NCBI GenBank assembly: GCA_035480635.1
Contig: DATIHN010000025.1
Span: 12,384 to 76,383, forward strand
Direction: 5' to 3'
Length of the DNA: 64,000 nucleotides
DNA from: Candidatus Saccharimonadales bacterium
Lineage (GTDB): Bacteria; Patescibacteriota; Saccharimonadia; UBA4664; DATIHN01
Below the pieces are notes generated by a model. It saw nothing but the letters and a program-made list of their open reading frames with translations. It was not told where the DNA came from and did not search any database. This document shows, one piece after another, positions 57,770 through 64,000 of this stretch. The first letter of the stretch is position 1. Each line of letters starts with the position of its first letter. Made by a program: the position numbers and the translations under genes.

Positions 57770-58876
57770 ATGAACCCATCACAAGGCGACACTCTCGATA
57801 TTAAGCCGGTCCAACCGGGCCCAAACCAACCAACTAGCCAGCCGGCTAGTGGCAGTGAGGCCGAGGCCGCTCGGGCCCGCATCGCTGAATTATCCGATCC
57901 CCACGCCGGTACCCTCGAACAAGGGCAGGCTGTTTCGTTGCGTCGACCGATAGCGGCGGGGGCGGGCCTGCCTCCAGTGCCAGCTCCTGCTAGCCCTGCA
58001 GCCGAAGCCCTCAAACCAAAGCTACCCAGTCTGCCCCAATTTAATCAGGCTAAGATCAAGCGCAAAATCCCCAGCCCCGTTAAACCCTTACTGAGCGCCC
58101 TGGGTGCATTTGTCCTGCTCGTAATGGTCTTTAAAGCCCAAATTATCTTAAGTCAACTAAAATATCTGACCGGCAAAACTCAGACTGTCACATCCAACAT
58201 TGCTACACCAGCCGCCTCCATACCGCCCGATCCGACCATTAGCATCCCCAAAATTAACGTTAACGCGCCGGTCGTCTACGAACCCAGCATTGCCGAAGCC
58301 GCCATTCAAAAAGCCTTGGTCGGTGGGGTTGTCCACTATGGCACCTCGGTTACACCTGGCCAGCCCGGCAATCTAGTGATCGTCGGGCACTCCTCGAACG
58401 ATTGGTGGCAACCCGGTAACTATAAGTTTGTGTTTGTGCTACTGGATAAATTGGCCGTGGGCGATCAGTTTAGCTTGAATTACCAATCGCACAAATATAT
58501 CTATGAAGTGACCTTAGTTAAAATCGTCGAACCAACCGATTTGAGTGTGCTAGCCAATACGCCAAGCCCAACAGCCACCCTAATTACTTGTACACCACCA
58601 GGGACAAGCTGGCGGCGTTTGGTCGTCCAAGCCAATCAAATTAGCCCCGAACCAACCAGCCAGACGCCCTCGACAGTTGATAATAGCGCGGGGAGTAGCC
58701 AAGCTCTGCAGCTGCCCAGCGATTCGCCCAGCCTAGGTAGCCAACTGAGCCGAGCCTGGCATAATCTCACGACCAGTATTTCGAATCTAATTCACGGTAA
58801 ATCAAGCACCACCAATCAGCCAACTGAGCAAAACTCAACTCAGCCGTCCAATTCGACCTTGCCTTCGGGACTCTAG
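57770..58876 (+). CDS. sortase-family transpeptidase with long Pro/Ala/Ser-rich N-terminal region and TM anchor
   Basis: LVIVGHSS (His), TLITCTP (TLxTC Cys), RRLVV (Arg) sortase catalytic triad motifs. Confidence 0.7.
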   Translation: MNPSQGDTLDIKPVQPGPNQPTSQPASGSEAEAARARIAELSDPHAGTLEQGQAVSLRRPIAAGAGLPPVPAPASPAAEALKPKLPSLPQFNQAKIKRKIPSPVKPLLSALGAFVLLVMVFKAQIILSQLKYLTGKTQTVTSNIATPAASIPPDPTISIPKINVNAPVVYEPSIAEAAIQKALVGGVVHYGTSVTPGQPGNLVIVGHSSNDWWQPGNYKFVFVLLDKLAVGDQFSLNYQSHKYIYEVTLVKIVEPTDLSVLANTPSPTATLITCTPPGTSWRRLVVQANQISPEPTSQTPSTVDNSAGSSQALQLPSDSPSLGSQLSRAWHNLTTSISNLIHGKSSTTNQPTEQNSTQPSNSTLPSGL

Positions 58877-58877
58877 C

Positions 58878-60257
58878 TTAGTGCTTAATGGTAATAGCAT
58901 TAATGGCCATTTGGCCGTTGCTCTGAGGTTGGACGACTAAGACTTCGTGCTGATTGCTAGTAAAGCTGATTTGGCCGCCACTGGCTGGTCCCGAGATTTC
59001 AGCCGCATTGCCGCCATCAAACTCGACCAAAGAGACGCCGCTGGTATTAACTGTTAGTAGATGATAGGTATCGAACCAGAGCACGTTCTGATAGGGTGTT
59101 TTGGAACTAGCAAAGTTGTAGGTCCGATTAAGTTCGAGGTCATAGGTTGCCAGCCGCTGGCCGTCGCGGAAATTAATAAATCGTCCGTCGGAATTGAAGC
59201 TCAGGCTATCGGCCGACTTGGTAATGATACGGCTAATCGGGTGGGCGCTGGAGAGTTCACTGTAGAGCGTGATGGTGCGACTTTTATTAGGTAAGACGGC
59301 GATTTTATCATCACTCTTATAGCTGCCGTAGCTGATCTGGTAACTGTCGCTGTCGGCGATGGCTTGAACTTGTTCGCGTTTATTTTGCCCGGAAGTGTCC
59401 ATGGTATAGAGACTCTTACCTAATGGGGTCGTAGCAATATAGACGATCTGGCCATTACCACCAAAAGTATAAGTGGCTACGTGATCAGCCAAGACAGCCG
59501 ACAGACTTTGGCTGGCAGTATTGATCCGGCGCAAACCATCCGGACTTAACCAAAATAATTCTTGAGCGTTAGTTGGGTTGAAGTGCAGGGCCTGGAGATC
59601 GAAACCATACTGCTCGCTCAAATTTGTGACTGTGCCACTGCCCAGAGTCAGCAGGCGCTGGTAGGTTTTATCGCCCGATTTGGTGGTAATTAACAATCGG
59701 CTGGCATCACCCGAAAACTCCAGGGTTTGAACAGCCTCGATTGGCTGCCCCGGAGCTGGCGCCGTGGGAGTGTAGGCGATACTAGGCTGATGCTGACCAG
59801 TGTCAAAGGTCCAAACTTTGGTATCAGCCGCCACAAAGGCGAAGTGTTTGTGATCGGTACTCGTGACCAGGCCAGAGACGCCAGCCGCCTGCGACCAAGT
59901 TCCGGTTTCGAGGTTAGTCGGCAACAGTAAAACGTACTGGGCCCAGGTTACTTCCGAGGGCACAATTGAGATGCGCTTGGTCCAGGGACGATAGCCATCC
60001 TTGGTGATATCAAAGGTGTAGTCACCAGCCTCCAATGTGCTGCGATAGGGCGTCCGGCGGTGGATGGGCTTGCCATTAATCGAGATATCGGCCCCACCCG
60101 GTACTGACGTAAATATAACTAAACCGTTTAGCTTAAGGCGGCCAGTGTGGAAATCATAACTATAGCCTCGACCAATGTAGATTAAGACGATGGTGGCAAG
60201 TACCACCCCCGCAATTACGACGATCCAACCGGTGATTTTGAGTGGGCGCAGAGTCAT
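58878..60257 (-). CDS. membrane-anchored protein with PEGA domain and beta-propeller/TolB-like periplasmic region
   Basis: N-terminal TM; PGGADISINGKPIHRRTPYRSTLEAGDYTFDITKDGYRPW PEGA-like; repetitive beta-rich remainder. Confidence 0.55.
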   Translation of the reverse strand: MTLRPLKITGWIVVIAGVVLATIVLIYIGRGYSYDFHTGRLKLNGLVIFTSVPGGADISINGKPIHRRTPYRSTLEAGDYTFDITKDGYRPWTKRISIVPSEVTWAQYVLLLPTNLETGTWSQAAGVSGLVTSTDHKHFAFVAADTKVWTFDTGQHQPSIAYTPTAPAPGQPIEAVQTLEFSGDASRLLITTKSGDKTYQRLLTLGSGTVTNLSEQYGFDLQALHFNPTNAQELFWLSPDGLRRINTASQSLSAVLADHVATYTFGGNGQIVYIATTPLGKSLYTMDTSGQNKREQVQAIADSDSYQISYGSYKSDDKIAVLPNKSRTITLYSELSSAHPISRIITKSADSLSFNSDGRFINFRDGQRLATYDLELNRTYNFASSKTPYQNVLWFDTYHLLTVNTSGVSLVEFDGGNAAEISGPASGGQISFTSNQHEVLVVQPQSNGQMAINAITIKH

Positions 60258-60331
60258 GAGCTAACCATTACTATATCGCAAGCCAGGCTGTCTTGGTAGC
60301 CGGCCGGCAAACCCGCTATACTGTGATAGAT

Positions 60332-61339
60332 ATGTTTTCCAAGCGTGTGGCCATCGATTTAGGAACCGCCAACGTGCTCGTCTATGTACCGAAGCGCGGT
60401 ATTGTTATTAATGAACCCAGTGTTGTAGCCCTAGATACGGCCACCAATCGGATTATGGCGGTCGGTAATGAAGCTCGGGAGATGCTGGGCCGCACACCAG
60501 ATACCATTGTGGCTTCACAACCACTGCGCGACGGTGTGATTGCTGATTATCGAATCACCCAGGCCATGATCCGCCACTACATCACCAAGGTCGCCGGTGG
60601 ATTCCGCTTGAGTCGCCCGGATGTGATGATCTCAGTACCAGCCGGCGCCACCTCAACTGAACGCCGAGCCGTCATTGATGCCACCATTTCGGCCGGAGCC
60701 CGAGCTGCCTACATCATCAAGGAACCGGTGGCCGCGGCCATTGGGGCCAGCATTCCCATTGCCTCCGCCGCCGGCAATATGGTAGTCGATATTGGTGGCG
60801 GTACCACCGAAATCGCTATTCTGTCGCTGGGCGGGGTGGTGGCTCAAAATAGTATTCGCGTCGGTGGCAATCGAATCGATGCCGCCATTGCCGATTTTAT
60901 CAGGCGTAAATATGGGCTAGCCATCGGTGAGCGTACGGCCGAAGAAATTAAGCGCGAATTGGGTTCGGCTTTGAAGCTTACCAAAGATCGCTCGGCCGAA
61001 ATCCGCGGCCGAGATATTATTGCCGGCCTGCCTAAGACCGTTACCGTTTCTTCAAACGATCTGACCGAAGCCATTAGCGATGAACTCGAGAAAATCATTC
61101 TTGCTATTCGAGTGGTACTGGAACAAACGCCACCCGAACTTTCCAGCGACATAATTGACCGAGGCATGGTCTTAACGGGCGGCGGAGCACTGCTCGCCAA
61201 CCTCGATAAGCTCCTAACCAATGTTACGGGCGTGCCTTGTGTAGTGGCCGAAGAACCCTTGCTGTGCGTGGCTAGGGGAACCGGTATTGCCCTTGATAAT
61301 CTAGAAGAATACAAGCGCAGTTTGGTGGGGATTAAATGA
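60332..61339 (+). CDS. mreB: rod-shape-determining actin homologue MreB
   Basis: MFSKRVAIDLGTANVLVY..., DIGGGTTEIA phosphate-2 motif; ATG 9 nt after TATACT (ORF-track start 60293 upstream). Confidence 0.9.
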   Translation: MFSKRVAIDLGTANVLVYVPKRGIVINEPSVVALDTATNRIMAVGNEAREMLGRTPDTIVASQPLRDGVIADYRITQAMIRHYITKVAGGFRLSRPDVMISVPAGATSTERRAVIDATISAGARAAYIIKEPVAAAIGASIPIASAAGNMVVDIGGGTTEIAILSLGGVVAQNSIRVGGNRIDAAIADFIRRKYGLAIGERTAEEIKRELGSALKLTKDRSAEIRGRDIIAGLPKTVTVSSNDLTEAISDELEKIILAIRVVLEQTPPELSSDIIDRGMVLTGGGALLANLDKLLTNVTGVPCVVAEEPLLCVARGTGIALDNLEEYKRSLVGIK

Positions 61340-62448
61340 TGCGAGTAGCCATTGTTCACGACTGGCTCAATACTCGGGTGGGCGGTTCCGAAAAAGTCCT
61401 AATGGAGCTGGCTAACCTGTATCCAGATGCCGATATCTACACTTTGATATTCAGACCGGAATTTTACCGCGGCCAAATTGATCCCAAACGCGTGACGACC
61501 TCGCATTTGCAACGCTGGCCGAGGTTGTTAACCGATAAACCAAGTTATTTGTTGCCGCTACTGCCCACGGCCATCGAGCAGTTTGATTTGAGTAGCTACG
61601 ATGTCGTCATTTCATCATCCAATGCTTTTAGTAAAGGCGTTTTAACTCCACCTCGAACGCTTCATATTTGCTACTGCTACTCGCCGATGCGCTTCGCTTG
61701 GGACTACTGGCCCAGATATTTAACTGAGCTCTCAATTGGGCCGATTAGGCGAATGGCCGCTAGAGGGGTGATATCCAAAGTCAGGCTATGGGACTACTAT
61801 AGCTCGAAGCGAGTTGATCATTGGATTGCAATTTCCGATCACATCGCAGCTCGGATTAAAAAGTATTACGGGGCCAAGGCTGAAGTCATTTATCCGCCCG
61901 TTCAAATCGATGACTTTGAGCCGTTGGCCTCGCGCTCTGATCACTACTTAACCTTATCGACATTAACGCCGTACAAAAAAATTGATCTAGCTATTAAAGC
62001 CTGTAATCAATTGGGGCGTAAACTAATCGTGGTCGGCAGCGGCTTTGATCGTAAACGTTTGGAGGGGCTGGCCGGACCGACTATAAAATTTGCTGGCAGG
62101 GTTAGCGATGAGGAAAAGGCTAGATTACTCGCTACGGCCAAGGCTCTGCTCAACCCCCAAGAAGAGGATTTTGGAATAGCCAGCGTAGAGGCTTTGGCTT
62201 CGGGCATCCCCGTAATCGCCTTCGCTAGAGGTGGAGCTGCCGAAATTGTCAGCGATGGCGAGACTGGAGTGCTCTACGAGGACGATTCAGTTGAGGGCTT
62301 AGTGGCAGCGATCAAGCGTAGCGAAGCTCTAAATTACGACCGCGATCAGTTACTACAGGCCAGCCGGCGCTTTAGCGCCTCCTATTTTGCCAAAACCTTT
62401 ACCACAACAGTTGAGAAACTTTATGCCGATCACATCAGCCAGTTATAA
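61336..62448 (+). CDS. GT4 (group 1) glycosyltransferase
   Basis: C-terminal EDFGIASVEALASGIPVIA (E-x7-E GT4 motif). Confidence 0.8.
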   Translation: MMRVAIVHDWLNTRVGGSEKVLMELANLYPDADIYTLIFRPEFYRGQIDPKRVTTSHLQRWPRLLTDKPSYLLPLLPTAIEQFDLSSYDVVISSSNAFSKGVLTPPRTLHICYCYSPMRFAWDYWPRYLTELSIGPIRRMAARGVISKVRLWDYYSSKRVDHWIAISDHIAARIKKYYGAKAEVIYPPVQIDDFEPLASRSDHYLTLSTLTPYKKIDLAIKACNQLGRKLIVVGSGFDRKRLEGLAGPTIKFAGRVSDEEKARLLATAKALLNPQEEDFGIASVEALASGIPVIAFARGGAAEIVSDGETGVLYEDDSVEGLVAAIKRSEALNYDRDQLLQASRRFSASYFAKTFTTTVEKLYADHISQL

Positions 62449-63253
62449 AGTTCTGGACACGCGCATCGACGCGCTGGATAATGCCACTGGCTTGGCCAGG
62501 GCTCAAGACTTGGCCAGTGATCAAGCAGCGGCTCATTACATCGTCTTGCCTTACGTTGAATTCTTGAATCAGGCTGCCCAAGACCGGGAGCTTCAGAATC
62601 TACTCAACCAAGCCGATTTGAGTTTGGCTAATGGGGTTAGCATCAACTGGGCCATTGAATACCTCTACGGTGGGGAAACAAAATTTAGTCGATTTCTGGC
62701 CACCCTGACTAACATTATTACCCGGCCTGCCAACGTCCACCGGCTAGCCCCCAGCCGATTTGATTCTAGTAATTTTACTTGGCCGATGCTGGAATGGGCC
62801 GCTCGCGAGCACCGCAAAGTTGTTCTAATTGGCTCACCCAAGCAACAATCAATCGAAGGGACCGCTAAATTCATCCAAACCGCCATACCTGGAGCAATTA
62901 TTGCTGGCGTCTACCCCGGTTACTTTCATAAAGCCGGCCGAGTCCGGCTGATTCAAGAACTGCGTCAGCTCGAGCCAGATTTGATTTTGGTTGGCATTGG
63001 CTTCCCCAAACAAGAAGCGTTGATGCACGATTTACGCAATGAGTTGAGCCACGGTTTAATGATTGGGGAGGGCGGTAGTTTCGATTATGAACTCTTTGGC
63101 GGAAGCATCAAACGCGCACCTAATTTTATCAGAACCATCGGGCTAGAGTGGCTGTGGCGCTTGATCCGCGAGCCGGCCCGCCTGCACCGCCAACTGGCCA
63201 TTCCAGCCTATCTGTGGCGGGTTTGGCGCCAGGGCCGGCATTTACCCGAGTAA
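62423..63253 (+). CDS. WecG/TagA/CpsF-family (GT26) glycosyltransferase
   Basis: conserved GT26 core ...LIGSPKQQ...GIGFPKQE...; ATG 62423 chosen (overlaps GT4 by 26 nt; ORF-track 62387 alternative). Confidence 0.7.
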   Translation: MPITSASYKVLDTRIDALDNATGLARAQDLASDQAAAHYIVLPYVEFLNQAAQDRELQNLLNQADLSLANGVSINWAIEYLYGGETKFSRFLATLTNIITRPANVHRLAPSRFDSSNFTWPMLEWAAREHRKVVLIGSPKQQSIEGTAKFIQTAIPGAIIAGVYPGYFHKAGRVRLIQELRQLEPDLILVGIGFPKQEALMHDLRNELSHGLMIGEGGSFDYELFGGSIKRAPNFIRTIGLEWLWRLIREPARLHRQLAIPAYLWRVWRQGRHLPE

Positions 63254-63300
63254 ATATCATGCTTATGCTATACTTGTTAACATAAGCAAGTTACGAAACA

Positions 63301-64000
63301 GTGCAATGTCCTAAATGTGGAAAAACCGGTCGAGTTACGATTGCGGGTATGCAATATTGTACCAATTGCGGCAACCCGTTAGGTCCGGCGTCGGCTGAAA
63401 ATAAGTCTAAGAGCCTCAGAGATATTTCGCCCACCATAGCCAGTATCCCGACCCCAGTTACCTCAACCGGCGATCAATCGATGCCGGCAGCTTCAGCCCC
63501 GGCGCCGACTCCAACGCCCAGCCCAGTGGTTGCCAGCGCGCCGCTACCGGCCACCAGCCTGCATGCCCAACCAGCGGCACCGCTTGATTTACGTCAAGTC
63601 GAACCAACACCCATTCCCACTCCTACTACGCAGTCGACTCTACCCGAACCAACCCCGGAGCCAGCACCGACACCGGTGGTGGTGGAGCCGGCAATCAAAA
63701 CCGAGGTCACCAGTACCCGTCGCAGGGCGGAGAGAGCCGCTAATGCCCAAACCACCACCAAAAGCCAACTGGTGACCAAATTCCAAACGCCAGCGGAAGA
63801 CAGCCCAGAACCCGCAGTTGAAACACCGACCACACCGGCCGCTCAACCACCGCCAGCCCAGCCAGCCAGTCCACCAGCTCCAACGGCCCAACCGCTAAGC
63901 CAAGCACCCGCCTACGCTCCCAGTGTGCCAATTGCCGCCGATGACGAGGGGCCAGCTGCAAATCCTACACCTCCCATACAACCAAAGTCACCGTACCCAA
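63301..64000 (+). CDS. 3'-partial ORF: N-terminal zinc ribbon (CPKCGKTG...CTNCGNP) followed by long Pro/Thr/Ala-rich region; runs off window
   Basis: frame-1 ORF from GTG 63301 without stop to nt 64000 (absent from ORF track because incomplete/no ATG); paralogous N-terminus to 19279-20703 protein. Confidence 0.45.
   Translation, partial: MQCPKCGKTGRVTIAGMQYCTNCGNPLGPASAENKSKSLRDISPTIASIPTPVTSTGDQSMPAASAPAPTPTPSPVVASAPLPATSLHAQPAAPLDLRQVEPTPIPTPTTQSTLPEPTPEPAPTPVVVEPAIKTEVTSTRRRAERAANAQTTTKSQLVTKFQTPAEDSPEPAVETPTTPAAQPPPAQPASPPAPTAQPLSQAPAYAPSVPIAADDEGPAANPTPPIQPKSPYP

Overview
This window is about 64 kb of bacterial chromosome at roughly 50% GC. Genes are tightly packed and often overlap or are translationally coupled. 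The overall gene content suggests a reduced-genome CPR/Patescibacteria (Saccharibacteria-like) organism; that placement is inference.

Core content that can be read directly from the ORF translations:
- The end of the spc/alpha ribosomal-protein operon (rplO-secY-infA-rpmJ-rpsM-rpsK-rpsD-rpoA-rplQ-rplM-rpsI).
- A tRNA-Thr/Tyr/Thr-rpmG-tRNA-Trp locus on the minus strand.
- secE-nusG-rplK-rplA ... rplJ-rplL, plus the replication and recombination genes holB, dnaX, dnaB, ybaB and recR.
- aspS/asnS, cysS, mreB, tRNA-Gln and tRNA-Leu.

Accessory content:
- Three membrane glycosylation genes (GtrA, a GT-C transferase, and a GT2::GT-C fusion) sit between dnaX-dnaB and ybaB-recR.
- Six thymidylate/nucleotide genes (two nucleotidyltransferase-like genes, one of them fused to dCMP deaminase, a HIT/GalT-like gene, folA, thyA and tmk) are inserted inside the rplKA-rplJL operon.
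- There are several GC-anomalous islands. GC-rich ones are at 11.3-11.8 kb, 15.3-15.7 kb, 43.4-48.3 kb (with stand-alone purH and purB) and 50.0-51.1 kb (a Cys-rich secreted protein plus a small membrane protein). A 38% GC island carries a processive GT2 synthase.
- Other accessory genes: a dockerin-bearing secreted metalloprotease, an orphan sensor kinase, two paralogous zinc-ribbon/Pro-rich membrane proteins, and a sortase/PEGA/GT4/TagA envelope cluster.

Many genes appear to be expressed as leaderless mRNAs, with TATAAT boxes 6-10 nt upstream of the start codon and a recurring TATAATAGGGG motif. No rRNA, CRISPR array, transposase or integrase was recognised.
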